Below are positions 37,366 to 47,189 of a stretch of 64,000 nucleotides of DNA, piece after piece. Both the position numbers and the translations under genes were made by a program. The notes beneath the pieces were generated by a model. That model saw nothing but the letters and a program-made list of their open reading frames with translations. It searched no databases and was not told where the DNA came from. The DNA comes from an uncultured Eubacteriales bacterium (GTDB lineage: Bacteria; Bacillota; Clostridia; Oscillospirales; Oscillospiraceae), in contig CATEPI010000006.1 in assembly GCA_949525845.1 (NCBI GenBank), positions 33,917 through 97,916 on the forward strand. The letters run 5' to 3'. The stretch's first letter is position 1. Every line of letters starts with the position of its first letter.

Positions 37366-37926
37366 ATGAACCACAAAACAAAAACGCTCACAGCCGTCGG
37401 GACCCTCTGCGCCCTTGCCTATGCTGCCACTGCGGTGGGCCGGATTCCCCTGATACTCTTTTTAAAGTATGACCCAAAGGACATCATCATTGCCACCGGC
37501 GGGTTTTTGTTCGGTCCCCTGGCCGCCGGTTCCATCGCCCTGCTTGTTTCCCTTGCCGAAATGCTTACCATCAGCGAGAATGGTGTGCTGGGCTTTCTCA
37601 TGAATGTCATCTCAAGCAGCTCCTTTACCTGTACCGCCGCCTTCATCTACCGGAAAAAGCGGACTTTCCCGGCCGCCGCCACGGGGCTGCTCTGCGGCTG
37701 GGGGGCGATGGTCTCTGTGATGATGCTCTGGAACTACCTGATTGCCCCCATCTACATGGGCTGCTCCAGAGAAGAAGTGGTACTGCTTCTGCTCCCGGCG
37801 TTTCTGCCCTTTAACCTGATAAAAGGCGGCCTCAATGCGGCGGGTGTCCTGCTGGTTTACCGGCCTGTCATAACCGCCTTGGTGCGCTCCCATCTTGTGG
37901 AAGCCGGGCAGGGGACCAGAGGCTGA
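37366..37926 (+). CDS. ribU: ECF transporter S component (riboflavin, RibU-like)
   Basis: FLKYDPKD, FGP, LPFNLIKG; downstream of the FMN riboswitch. Confidence 0.85.
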   Translation: MNHKTKTLTAVGTLCALAYAATAVGRIPLILFLKYDPKDIIIATGGFLFGPLAAGSIALLVSLAEMLTISENGVLGFLMNVISSSSFTCTAAFIYRKKRTFPAAATGLLCGWGAMVSVMMLWNYLIAPIYMGCSREEVVLLLLPAFLPFNLIKGGLNAAGVLLVYRPVITALVRSHLVEAGQGTRG

Positions 37927-37994
37927 ACCCGCCCTGGGCCAAAATCCAAGCGGCATATAAAATGCCCGCCGGCAGTGCCGGCGGGCGTTCAGCG

Positions 37995-39602
37995 TTATCT
38001 CAGATAATTCAGCGGATTCACCGCAGTGCCGCGGACGCGGACCTCGAAGTGGCAGTGGACGCCGGTGGAGCGGCCGGTGGAACCGGCCTTGGCCACAGTC
38101 TGGCCCTGGTAGACCTTCTGTCCCGCAGACACCACCAGACTGGAGTTGTGGGCGTAGTAGGTTTGGGTGCCGTTGTCGTGGGTGATGATGACCAGGTTGC
38201 CGTAGCTGCCCTTGTAGCCGGCGAAGGTGACGGTGCCGCCGTCGGCCGCCTTGACGGCCTCGCCGTACACGGCGTGGATATCCAGGCCGGAGTGGTAGCT
38301 GTAGCTGCCGAAAATCTTCCGCCCGCCGAAGTAGGAGTTGATGCGGTGGCTGCTGACGGGCCACAGGTAGGTGCCCTTGGACGCGGTCTTGGGCCGCTCC
38401 TTGGTGCCCACGGCCTTTACGGTGGTGGTGGGCTCCCGCAGGGTGGTGGTGTCGGTGACGGTGCGGTCCCGCTCGTAGCCGTTGACATAGACCACATCCG
38501 CCTGAACCTGGGCCTCGCCCTCCTCGCCCTGGGTGAGGATCTTGGAGTCGCCCTTATACATCTTGTCGTCCTGGACCTCCTCCACCGGGCAGGGGATGGC
38601 CTCGGTATAGGTCACATGCTCGGTGGTCTGGACGGACAGGGCGGGGATGACCTCCTTCACGTTGAGCACGTCGCCCACCATCAGCCGGTTGAGGCTGGCC
38701 TGGGGGTTGAGCTCCATCAGGTCGCTGAGGGACATGTCGTTGCGGTAGGCGATGCCGTTGTAGGTGTCCCCCTTCACCACGGTGTAGGTGGTCTCGCCGG
38801 TGGTGTTGGCTTTCAGGGCCTCCTCCACCTGGTCCACGCTCATCAGGTTGTCCGCCGCGTAGACGGGCGTAATGGACACATCCTCCACAAACTCGGCGGA
38901 GGTGGTGGCGTCGGTGACGAACTCGGCCTTGATGCTGTCCAGCATGGTGTTCAGGGCCTCCTGGTCCTTCACCACACCCACCGCCCGGCCGTCCAGAGTG
39001 ATCTGGTAGGCCCGCAGCTGGTCGCTGAGCTCGTTGAGCTGGCCATAGAAGTAGTTGCTGATATCCTGCTCCCGGCTCAGGCCACTTTTCAGGGTGAGGG
39101 TAAAGCTGTAGTCAATCTCGCTGTCCACCTGGTAGCGGTAGCCCAGCAGCTGACTGCCCCGGGTCTCCACCGTCTGGATGGCGTTGTCCACCACGCTCTG
39201 GTCTGCCACAATGCCCACCTCCTGGCCGTCCACAATGACGGCGTAGCTGGTGGAGTAGAGGGTGGTCAGGGTGAGGGCGGCGCCCAGGGCCCCGGCTACC
39301 AGCAGGAAGGAAACGGGGCCCACCGCCAGCGTTCCGGCGGCGGCGCCGTGGAACAGGTGGGCCCAGCGGCGGAAGTGGATTCGTGCCCACTCCCGCATCC
39401 CCTTGGCATAGAGCTTGAACTCTTCCCGCCAGTCGGGGGCGGCGGGGGCGGCGGGGGCATCGGAGGCCCGGGCCTCCTCTTTGGGGGGCTGGACCTTCTT
39501 GGGCTCGGCCTTGGGGGGCTTGGGCTGCCGGATGGGTCCGGTCTGGTCCAGCTCCGCAATGGGGAGCCGGGCGGTCCAGCTCTGATCCTGTACTTGGTTC
39601 AT
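37995..39602 (-). CDS. Membrane-anchored LysM-G5-M23 peptidoglycan endopeptidase
   Basis: TM helix, LysM (YTVVKGDTYNGIA), G5, M23 motifs HSGLD and YYAHNS, HCHFEV. Confidence 0.9.
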   Translation of the reverse strand: MNQVQDQSWTARLPIAELDQTGPIRQPKPPKAEPKKVQPPKEEARASDAPAAPAAPDWREEFKLYAKGMREWARIHFRRWAHLFHGAAAGTLAVGPVSFLLVAGALGAALTLTTLYSTSYAVIVDGQEVGIVADQSVVDNAIQTVETRGSQLLGYRYQVDSEIDYSFTLTLKSGLSREQDISNYFYGQLNELSDQLRAYQITLDGRAVGVVKDQEALNTMLDSIKAEFVTDATTSAEFVEDVSITPVYAADNLMSVDQVEEALKANTTGETTYTVVKGDTYNGIAYRNDMSLSDLMELNPQASLNRLMVGDVLNVKEVIPALSVQTTEHVTYTEAIPCPVEEVQDDKMYKGDSKILTQGEEGEAQVQADVVYVNGYERDRTVTDTTTLREPTTTVKAVGTKERPKTASKGTYLWPVSSHRINSYFGGRKIFGSYSYHSGLDIHAVYGEAVKAADGGTVTFAGYKGSYGNLVIITHDNGTQTYYAHNSSLVVSAGQKVYQGQTVAKAGSTGRSTGVHCHFEVRVRGTAVNPLNYLR

Positions 39603-39650
39603 GGTAATCACCTCTTGTTCTGAGGAAAAAATGACAATCGTGAAATAAGA

Positions 39651-39667
39651 GTTACAAAACGGTAACA
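39651..39667 (-). promoter_or_regulatory. WalR-like direct repeat at the M23 gene promoter
   Basis: Minus strand TGTTAC-N5-TGTAAC just after TTGACG-17-TATATT. Confidence 0.45.
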
Positions 39668-39825
39668 ACAATATACACATTTTCCCGCCATCCGTCAAGC
39701 CCTTTTTTCGCTTCGCCGCAAATTTTTTACCGAAAAAGTGTACAAAAATAGAACGCCGCAGGAGGTTTTGCGGCGTTCTTCGTCTAAATAGTATATAAAA
39801 CTGCAAATATCCCTAGATATTGTGG

Positions 39826-40122
39826 TTATACCACCATCCGCAGGAGGAAGGCCAGCGTCATAACAATCACCGCCGCGCTGGCGCAGGCGTCCAGCCGCCA
39901 GGCCCGCCGCTCCCGCCGGGCGCGGCGGCGCTCCTCGGGGGAGAGGGTGAGCACCACGGGCCGGAACCCGGGCTCCTCCTCAGGGAGGTACGCCTCCACC
40001 TCAGGCTGTCGGGCCAGACTGTCCCGCTGAGCGGCGGCCTGCCGGCGGCGCAGCTCGGTCAGGTCGATGATGTTGCCGGTGTGCCGAATAAAGTTGGAAG
40101 TCTTATAGTACATGGTCTGCAT
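39826..40122 (-). CDS. 98-aa protein with a C-terminal TM helix, under putative LexA control
   Basis: MQTMYYKTSNFIRHTGNIIDL...ACASAAVIVMTLAFLLRMVV; RBS GGAGG. Confidence 0.75.
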   Translation of the reverse strand: MQTMYYKTSNFIRHTGNIIDLTELRRRQAAAQRDSLARQPEVEAYLPEEEPGFRPVVLTLSPEERRRARRERRAWRLDACASAAVIVMTLAFLLRMVV

Positions 40123-40211
40123 AGGTTTCCCCTCCAAGAGTTTGATGTTAGGGTAAGTATAGACCAGAAGCTGTCCAAAAAACCGGACTATTGCGGCGCT
40201 GCCCGGAAAAG

Positions 40212-40259
40212 AAACATTCGTTCTAAGGCGACTATACAACATCCGTTCGAGAATGTCAA
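40212..40259 (-). promoter_or_regulatory. Promoter with two Firmicutes SOS (LexA) boxes
   Basis: TTGACA-17-TATAGT; GAACggatGTTG (40248-40237, in the spacer) and GAACgaatGTTT (40223-40212). Confidence 0.7.
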
Positions 40260-40783
40260 GGGATAATCGAAAATTTGTTTGATTTTTTATAGTGCCACGC
40301 CGGGTTATAGGGCCCCTCGCTTAACTGTATGATCTCCTGAGCGGTATAGAACCAGTCGGTGTCATCGATCCATACATAATCCCGTGCGTTCTCCTCTAAT
40401 TTGAAGTATTGGGACAAAAATCGGAAGGCAAACTCAAAATCTCCGCCTAAATAGTCCAAATCCAGTGCCCAGAAGTAATTTTTCTTTTGAATCAGCCAGC
40501 TAAAGCTGCCATAGGAGCTGTCCTCCGGCCCCTGAATGCTAAATCCGCACTGCCTTGTTTGGATTCCCTTCTCAAAGCTCGTTTTCACCGCCTCGGCGCC
40601 CAGTTCAGACAACGTGCCGTCTACACACTCCGTTTCAGCCCCTGTTATAGGGTCCACATATCGGGACGCCTTCAGACCAATGCAGTGAATGCCCGCCCTG
40701 TCCGCCGCCTGCCGGACGCCGGACAGCGTAGCCTCACAGGAAAATCCCTCTATTTCCTTCAGAATAATGATAGAAACACCCAT
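40256..40783 (-). CDS. Hypothetical protein (low-GC ORFan)
   Basis: 175-aa open frame; no family recognised. Confidence 0.65.
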   Translation of the reverse strand: MGVSIIILKEIEGFSCEATLSGVRQAADRAGIHCIGLKASRYVDPITGAETECVDGTLSELGAEAVKTSFEKGIQTRQCGFSIQGPEDSSYGSFSWLIQKKNYFWALDLDYLGGDFEFAFRFLSQYFKLEENARDYVWIDDTDWFYTAQEIIQLSEGPYNPAWHYKKSNKFSIIP

Positions 40784-40969
40784 TTGGGTCCCTTCCCTCT
40801 TGTCATCTCTCCGCGGCCCTGTTCGCTTCCTATATATTATACAGACGAAGAAAGGGAAAAAAGGTTCCCTTTGTACGTGTTTTTTTCCAGCCCGTGTTGC
40901 TTTTTCGGTAAAAAGGGGGTATAATGCTTTGGCTTATTGAGACATCCACAGATTTGAGGTGCAATTCCC

Positions 40970-42799
40970 ATGAAAAATGAGAAATTAAGAAATATCGCCA
41001 TCATCGCCCACGTAGACCACGGCAAGACCACCCTGGTGGACGAGATGTTGAAGCAGTCCGGCGTCTACCGGGAGAATCAGGCGGTCACCGACCGGGTGAT
41101 GGACTCCGGCGACCTGGAGCGGGAGCGGGGCATCACCATCACCGCCAAGAACACCGCCGTACAGTACGGCGGGGTGAAGATCAACATCGTGGACACCCCG
41201 GGCCACGCCGATTTCGGCGGCGAGGTGGAGCGCATCCTGAAGATGGTCAACGGCGTTATCCTGCTGGTTGACGCCGCCGAGGGCCCTATGCCCCAGACCC
41301 GTTTTGTGCTCTCCAAGGCCCTGGAGCTGGGCCACAAGGTGATTGTGGTGGTGAACAAGATCGACCGCCCCGACCAACGGGTTTACGAAGTGGTGGACGA
41401 GTGCCTGGAGCTGCTGCTGGACCTGGACGCCACCGACGAACAGTTGGACTCCCCCATGCTGTTCTGCTCCGGCCGCCAGGGCACCGCCTCGGTGCAGCCC
41501 GATGTGGCGGGCAGCGACTTGAAGCCCCTGTTTGAGACCATTATCGACTATATCCCCGCCCCCGACGTGGAGGTGGACGCCCCCTTTCAGATGCTGGTGT
41601 CCTCCATCGACTACAACGAATTCGTGGGCCGCATCGCCATCGGCCGCATCGAGCGGGGCAGCGTGAGGCAGAATCAGGAAATCGCGGTGTGCAACTTCCA
41701 CCACCCCGACGCCGCCCCCATGAAGGCCAAGGCCACCGCCCTCTACGAGTTCGACGGCCTGGGCAAGGTCCCTGTGCAGGAGGCCGCCGCCGGCAACATC
41801 ATCGCCCTCAGCGGCATTGGCGACGTGACCATCGGCGACACCATCTGCGCCCCGGACGCGGTGGAGCCCATTGAGTTCGTTCAGATCTCCGCCCCCACCA
41901 TTGAGATGACCTTCTCCGTCAACGACTCCCCCTTTGCCGGCCGGGAGGGCAAATTCGTCACCTCCCGCCAGCTCCGGGATCGGCTGTTCCGGGAGACGCT
42001 GAAGGACGTGTCTCTGAAGGTCTCCGAGATGGAGGGGGCCACCGACTCCTTCAACGTGGCCGGCCGGGGGGAGATGTCCCTGTCCATCCTCATTGAGACC
42101 ATGCGCCGGGAGGGGTATGAGCTGCAAGTCTCCCCGCCCCGCGTCCTCTACCAGGAGGTGGATGGGGTCAAGTGCGAGCCCATCGAGCGGGTAGTGATTG
42201 ACGTGCCCACCGACTATGTGGGGGCCGTGATGGAGAAGCTGGGTTCCCGCAAGGGGGAGTTTGTCACCATGAATCCCGTGGGGAACCGCACCAAGCTGGA
42301 GTTCCTGGTCCCCGCCCGGGGCCTGTTCGGCTACCGCAGCGAGTTTTTAACCGACACCAAGGGCGAGGGCATCATGGCCTCCGTCTTCGACAGCTACGCC
42401 CCCGTCAAGGGAGAAATCCAGCGCCGGTCCACCGGCTCCCTGGTGGCCTTCGAGACGGGCGAGGCGGTCACCTACGGCCTGTTCAACGCCCAGGAGCGGG
42501 GGGCCCTGTTCATCGGGGCGGGCACGCCGGTCTACGGCGGCATGATTGTGGGCGAGTGCCCCAAGGCGGAGGATATCTCCGTCAACGTATGTAAAAAGAA
42601 GCAGCTGACCAACATGCGGGCCTCCGGCTCCGACGAGGCCCTGCGCCTGGTCACCCCCCGCACCCTCTCCCTGGAGCAGTGCCTGGAGTTTCTGGCCGAT
42701 GATGAGCTTCTGGAGTGTACCCCGGAGAATCTGCGCCTGCGCAAGCGCCTGCTGGACCACGGCGCCCGCATGCGGGAGGCCTCCAAGAAAAAAGGTTGA
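40970..42799 (+). CDS. typA: Translational GTPase TypA/BipA
   Basis: [38 protein letters not shown]-like LECTPEN. Confidence 0.97.
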   Translation: MKNEKLRNIAIIAHVDHGKTTLVDEMLKQSGVYRENQAVTDRVMDSGDLERERGITITAKNTAVQYGGVKINIVDTPGHADFGGEVERILKMVNGVILLVDAAEGPMPQTRFVLSKALELGHKVIVVVNKIDRPDQRVYEVVDECLELLLDLDATDEQLDSPMLFCSGRQGTASVQPDVAGSDLKPLFETIIDYIPAPDVEVDAPFQMLVSSIDYNEFVGRIAIGRIERGSVRQNQEIAVCNFHHPDAAPMKAKATALYEFDGLGKVPVQEAAAGNIIALSGIGDVTIGDTICAPDAVEPIEFVQISAPTIEMTFSVNDSPFAGREGKFVTSRQLRDRLFRETLKDVSLKVSEMEGATDSFNVAGRGEMSLSILIETMRREGYELQVSPPRVLYQEVDGVKCEPIERVVIDVPTDYVGAVMEKLGSRKGEFVTMNPVGNRTKLEFLVPARGLFGYRSEFLTDTKGEGIMASVFDSYAPVKGEIQRRSTGSLVAFETGEAVTYGLFNAQERGALFIGAGTPVYGGMIVGECPKAEDISVNVCKKKQLTNMRASGSDEALRLVTPRTLSLEQCLEFLADDELLECTPENLRLRKRLLDHGARMREASKKKG

Positions 42800-43273
42800 T
42801 TGGAATATATGACGCACACGCTCTTAAAAGTACGCTGTCCTGGCATCGAAAACGGAAAATTTCTCATCGGTCACACCGGCCGGGGGGCTGACCGCTCCCC
42901 GGAGTTGGTGCTGGAAAACCTGTCCCCGGAGGCGGTCACTTTGGGGGTTGTGCTGGAGGACATGAGCCACCCCATAAAGGGCTTCACCCACTGGGTCATC
43001 TGGAACCTGCCCGTCTCGGACCGGATTCCGGGGAACATTCCGGCGGGGAAGGCCCTGCCGGAATTGGGCGGCGCGGTGCAGGGGGTGGCCTACGGCCTCC
43101 ACCGCTACGCCGGACCCAAGCCGCCGAAAGGGAGGACTCACACCTACTGCCTTACTGTTTACACCTTGGACTGCGCCTTAGACCTGCCAAGCGGCGCGCG
43201 GAAAAAGGCTTTCCTGCGGGCGGCGGAAGGACATATCCTTCAAAGCGGGAGTATCTCTGGAGAATTTGAGTAA
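42800..43273 (+). CDS. YbhB/YbcL (PEBP/Raf kinase inhibitor-like) protein
   Basis: SPEL, EDMSHP, FTHWVIWN, YAGPKPP, HTY. Confidence 0.88.
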   Translation: MEYMTHTLLKVRCPGIENGKFLIGHTGRGADRSPELVLENLSPEAVTLGVVLEDMSHPIKGFTHWVIWNLPVSDRIPGNIPAGKALPELGGAVQGVAYGLHRYAGPKPPKGRTHTYCLTVYTLDCALDLPSGARKKAFLRAAEGHILQSGSISGEFE

Positions 43274-43278
43274 AATAG

Positions 43279-43323
43279 AAAACGTTCCGTATTTTACGAT
43301 GCGTAAAGTACGGAACGTTTTTA
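43279..43323. terminator. Bidirectional terminator
   Basis: aaaacgttccgta...tacggaacgtttt between convergent genes. Confidence 0.7.
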
Positions 43324-43324
43324 C

Positions 43325-43564
43325 TTATAAGCCTCTAAAGAATTCATCAAAAGAATCGACCTGATAGATATCCTTTAATGCCTGCAATACGCTGACTTTT
43401 ATGCTGTAATTACCCAATTCCATTTGAGAAATGATCTCACGGCTTATATCAATGCCCACCAGTTGCAGTTTTGCGGCAGCCTTTTCCTGAGAAAGTCCCG
43501 ATTGTTTTCTCAAACGCCGCAGGTTTGCCCCGATCGAGATATCCTGTTTCAGCTTTTTTGACAT
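43325..43564 (-). CDS. XRE-family HTH regulator
   Basis: IGANLRRLRKQSGLSQEKAAAKLQL-ISREIISQMELG; same subfamily as 25191-25418. Confidence 0.88.
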   Translation of the reverse strand: MSKKLKQDISIGANLRRLRKQSGLSQEKAAAKLQLVGIDISREIISQMELGNYSIKVSVLQALKDIYQVDSFDEFFRGL

Positions 43565-43589
43565 CCCTATTCTCTCCAAAAATTTTTTT

Positions 43590-43655
43590 GGAATATATAC
43601 ATTCCACTATTGATTTTAGGTTATTGCCATGGTAATATTGGAATGAATAGATTCC
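43590..43655. promoter_or_regulatory. Two GGAAT-N6-ATTCC operators 50 bp apart
   Basis: 43590-43605 and 43640-43655, in the divergent intergenic region. Confidence 0.65.
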
Positions 43656-43712
43656 GAAAATGAAGAGGGATATAAAATATTTGACAATATTGAGAAGGGA
43701 AGTCTAATTAAG

Positions 43713-43874
43713 ATGAAAAAACTAACAATAGAGGTTCCAGACTACATATTTACGTTTTATAAAAAAGTTGGGGAACAAGCAGGTGGCATTACGGTGGAAA
43801 AAGTAATGTCAGACGCACTGTTCAAATTAGCGGGAGAGCTGTCGCTAAATGCGCTCAAAGATACGGATGGCTGA
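43713..43874 (+). CDS. Small RHH-like protein, 53 aa, paralog of 36810-36968 (not in ORF track)
   Basis: MKKLTIEVPDYIFTFYKKVGEQAGGITVEKVMSDALFKLAGELSLNALKDTDG. Confidence 0.82.
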   Translation: MKKLTIEVPDYIFTFYKKVGEQAGGITVEKVMSDALFKLAGELSLNALKDTDG

Positions 43875-43896
43875 ATCATCAGCCATCCGTTTTCGT

Positions 43897-44499
43897 TCAA
43901 CTCCAGGGCGCCAGCTCAAACCGCACAAAATACCCCTGGGGGTGACGGCAGACGGGGCAGTGGGCGGGGGCGGCGGTGGCCTCCACCGCGAAGCCGCAGT
44001 GCAGGCACATCCACTGTGTCTCCACCTCGGAGAAGAACAGCTGGTCCTTCTCCATCAGGTCAGCGAATTTGCCGAACCGGTCCCCGTGGGTCTTCTCCAC
44101 CTTGGCGATATTCTCAAACAGCTTGCCCACCAGGGGGAAGCCCTCGCTCATAGCCGTCCTGGCGAAGTGGTCATAGTCGTGCTCCCACTCCTGATACTCG
44201 TTGTGCTGGGCGGCCCGCAGATAGTCCAGCACCCCGGAGTAGATATCCACCGGGTAGGTGCCGTCCACCTTGACGGTCTGGCCGGCGCAGTCCTCCAGGG
44301 CGGAATAAAACTGCTTGGCGTGGACCCGCTCCTGCTCGGCGGTAAAGAGGAATACCCCCTGGATAACGGCCAACCCCGCCTTGTTGGCCACTCCGGCGGC
44401 GATGGTGTAGCGGTTTCGGGCCTGGCTCTCCCCGGCGAAGGCCCGCATGAGATTTTCCCGGGTCTGGCTGTGGAGAAAGGCCTCGGTTTTGTCGGACAT
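43897..44499 (-). CDS. rbr: Rubrerythrin
   Basis: AFAGESQARNRY, EQERVHA, VEKTH, C-terminal CLHCG..CPVC. Confidence 0.93.
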   Translation of the reverse strand: MSDKTEAFLHSQTRENLMRAFAGESQARNRYTIAAGVANKAGLAVIQGVFLFTAEQERVHAKQFYSALEDCAGQTVKVDGTYPVDIYSGVLDYLRAAQHNEYQEWEHDYDHFARTAMSEGFPLVGKLFENIAKVEKTHGDRFGKFADLMEKDQLFFSEVETQWMCLHCGFAVEATAAPAHCPVCRHPQGYFVRFELAPWS

Positions 44500-44591
44500 A
44501 ATAAACCCTCCCTGCGATATTTTTGATTCCCGCCCTTTCGGGCGGGAATATGAGCATCGCTGTGGGTTCAGTATGCCTCAAAAGCTGGAAA

Positions 44592-45749
44592 TTATCCGGC
44601 GTTGACGGGAATCTTGTTGTCCCCGTACTGCAAATGGTCCACCTTGCTCAGGTCCAAGGGCTGGTCGAAGACGGCGAAGCCCTCCAGCTCCCGCGTGCCG
44701 GCCTGGGAATTGCCAACATCTGTGTCGCGGCCGTGGATGCAGGGGATCGACGTGCCGTCCGTCAAAACGATTTCCACAGGGCCCAGGCCGGCGCCGATCC
44801 AGTTGTTGTCCGCCGGCAGGGTGGTGGTGTAGCGGTAGGACAGGCTCAGCGGGGACAGGGACATCTGCTCCACGGTGTTGGTCACGTCGTAGACCGCCCC
44901 GCGCAGCTCGTCCTCCGCCCGGGTGCTCCAGGTGAGGCCCCCGGCCTCCAGCTCCGCCAGCTGGGACTGGAAGTTCAGGCCGATGTCAAAGGCAAAGGTC
45001 CCGGTGAAAATGGGGGTGTAGCCCTTGTCGGAATCCTGGGTCCACAGACCCCGGACGGTGAAGACCTTGGACACACCATCGTTAAGGGCGATCCCGCCGT
45101 CGCTGAGGTTGGTGAACCGGGCCACGAACTCCTTCACATTGTCGTTGGGCTCGCTGTCGGGCAGGGGGCGGAAGTTCAGCTGATAGCCGAAGGTGTCCGC
45201 CGGATAGGCCCCCTCCGCAGGCTCCAGAGTGAGGTGGTCGTCCGCCTCGGGGCCAAAGAGCTGATAGCAGGCCCCGTCCCGCTCCCAGTCCAGGTCGGGC
45301 AGGGCGGTCCCCTCCGGGGCCTCCACCCGCAGGCGCAGGTAGTAGACGTTTTCGTCTGCCAGGGCGGCCAGGGGGGTGATGCTGGCCCCGTTGTCGGTGA
45401 CGGCGGCGGGGGCAGCCCCGTCCTGCCCCTCAAAGGTTTGGACCAGCCGGTCGATGGTCTCCATCTGGCCCGGGGTAAGGGAGTCGTTCCCCCGGGAGAA
45501 CACATCCCCGAACAGCTCCCCGCCCAGCAGCCGGCCGGCGGCCAGGGCGGAGACGGTAAAGGCGGCCGCCACAGCGGCGGCGACGAGCAGGCGGGCGGGC
45601 TTAAAGCCCCTCTTTCTGGATTTCGTCTCGGTATGAATATTTTTCATGGTAATCTCCTTTATTCTGGTTGGGGAATAGGGGGTATTTCCGCCCAATTCCA
45701 CGTCCTCCGCCGGATAGCGGTCCAGCAGGTCCGAAATGTTACGCTTCAC
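44592..45749 (-). CDS. Anti-sigma factor (DUF4179-like)
   Basis: Single TM helix, extracytoplasmic domain; coupled to the upstream ECF sigma factor. Confidence 0.75.
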   Translation of the reverse strand: MKRNISDLLDRYPAEDVELGGNTPYSPTRIKEITMKNIHTETKSRKRGFKPARLLVAAAVAAAFTVSALAAGRLLGGELFGDVFSRGNDSLTPGQMETIDRLVQTFEGQDGAAPAAVTDNGASITPLAALADENVYYLRLRVEAPEGTALPDLDWERDGACYQLFGPEADDHLTLEPAEGAYPADTFGYQLNFRPLPDSEPNDNVKEFVARFTNLSDGGIALNDGVSKVFTVRGLWTQDSDKGYTPIFTGTFAFDIGLNFQSQLAELEAGGLTWSTRAEDELRGAVYDVTNTVEQMSLSPLSLSYRYTTTLPADNNWIGAGLGPVEIVLTDGTSIPCIHGRDTDVGNSQAGTRELEGFAVFDQPLDLSKVDHLQYGDNKIPVNAG

Positions 45750-46290
45750 GGAGAAACCCCTCCCTTGTCAAAATGTCTTTCAGCTTCATCCGGCCCCGCC
45801 GGAGCTTGGTTTTTATGGTGGACTCATTGAGCCCCATTTGGCGGGCAATCTCCTGCACCGTCTGGGCGTAGTAGTAGTGGCGCAGGAAGATTTCCCGGTC
45901 CGGCCCGGGCAGGGAGTCCACCGCCTGGCGGACCTGCTGCCGTTCCACCGCCCGCTCATATTCGCCGGGCGGGTCGTCGGGGCCTGGGATGTCCAGGGCG
46001 TCCTCCTCCAGAGGGATGGTCTGGCTGATCTGCCGCAGCCGGTTTTTGGCCTTGTTCCGGGCCACCGCCCCCAGCCAGGCCTTCACTGATCCCGCCCGCA
46101 GGGCCTCGGGCCGGTTCCAGGCGGCCAGAAACACGTCGGATACGATCTCCTCTCCGTCCTCAACGGACATGGCGTTTCGCAAAATGTTCCACACCACCGC
46201 TGAGACGTAGGGGAGGTAACGATCCATCAGCCCCTCCAGCCCGGCGGGATTGCCGGCCCGTATTTTGTTGATTATCGCTTCTTCCCACAT
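45739..46290 (-). CDS. ECF RNA polymerase sigma factor
   Basis: EEIVSDVFLAAW, WLGAVARNKA, DREIFLRHYYY, STIKTKLRRGR. Confidence 0.9.
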   Translation of the reverse strand: MWEEAIINKIRAGNPAGLEGLMDRYLPYVSAVVWNILRNAMSVEDGEEIVSDVFLAAWNRPEALRAGSVKAWLGAVARNKAKNRLRQISQTIPLEEDALDIPGPDDPPGEYERAVERQQVRQAVDSLPGPDREIFLRHYYYAQTVQEIARQMGLNESTIKTKLRRGRMKLKDILTREGFLREA

Positions 46291-46453
46291 AAGGAACACC
46301 TCTGAACTGATTTGAAAGCCGCTTTCACTTATCATATCACACCGACCGGCCCTTTGGTTTCACCCGGAAGGCCGTCTTTGCACAAAAAATCCCCCGGAGC
46401 ACGCTCCGAGGGATTCAGCTTGTTATAGGCATATTACGGAAGGGCTATCCGCC

Positions 46454-46612
46454 AAAGCCTTCCCCCTTCCAGGGGGAAGGTGGCACGGGCGAAGCCCGTG
46501 ACGGATGAGGGTGCGCGGCAGGTTTCTGCCTCTTATCGAAAGGACAGCTTGCCCGCCCCGCCCCCTCATCCGCCCCCTTCGGGGGCACCTTCCCCCCGGA
46601 GGGTGGAAGGCT
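46454..46612. repeat. REP-like two-hairpin doublet
   Basis: gccttccccc..gggggaaggtggcacgggcgaagcccgtgacggatgaggg and an inverted copy. Confidence 0.8.
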
Positions 46613-46641
46613 TACCCTGCGGGGGACGAGGGGATTTACCC

Positions 46642-47175
46642 TCACAGGTCCAGTTTTTTCTCCAGACAGACCAGCTGCACATCAGGGATGCCGTTGAACA
46701 CGCAGGGAACGATTCCCGCTTCCCAGTAGCCCAGCCCGGCATAGAGCCGCCGGGCGGCGGTGTTTCTGGCGTTGGTGTCCATGCGGAGGTAGGGGCAGCC
46801 GTGGCTCCGGGCGTGCTCCTCATAGAAGGCCACAAAGGCCTTCCCGCAGCCCTTTCCTCCAAAGGCGGGATCCACCACCAGGGTGTGTAGCACCAACACC
46901 TGCTCAGGCGGAGCGTCGGGGTATCGCCAGGGAGCCCCGGCGTACTCGGGCACCTGGTTCTGGTCGATCTTGGCAGCGGCGGCAATTACGCCCTCCCGCT
47001 CCAGTACAAACAGACTTCCCGCCTTCAGGGCGTCCAGGGCGGTCTGCTCGGTGGGGTAGACCCCTCGAATCCATCCCACAGCCGCCCGGCCCTGTTCCTC
47101 CTCAGTCAGGATACGGCCGTAGATGGCAGCCACCTGGGGAATGTCCTCCAAAACTGCCTTTCGGATTCCTTCCAT
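46642..47175 (-). CDS. GNAT N-acetyltransferase
   Basis: LHTLVVDPAFGGKGCG, LRMDTNARNTAARRLY. Confidence 0.9.
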   Translation of the reverse strand: MEGIRKAVLEDIPQVAAIYGRILTEEEQGRAAVGWIRGVYPTEQTALDALKAGSLFVLEREGVIAAAAKIDQNQVPEYAGAPWRYPDAPPEQVLVLHTLVVDPAFGGKGCGKAFVAFYEEHARSHGCPYLRMDTNARNTAARRLYAGLGYWEAGIVPCVFNGIPDVQLVCLEKKLDL

Positions 47176-47189
47176 GATACTTTCCTCCT

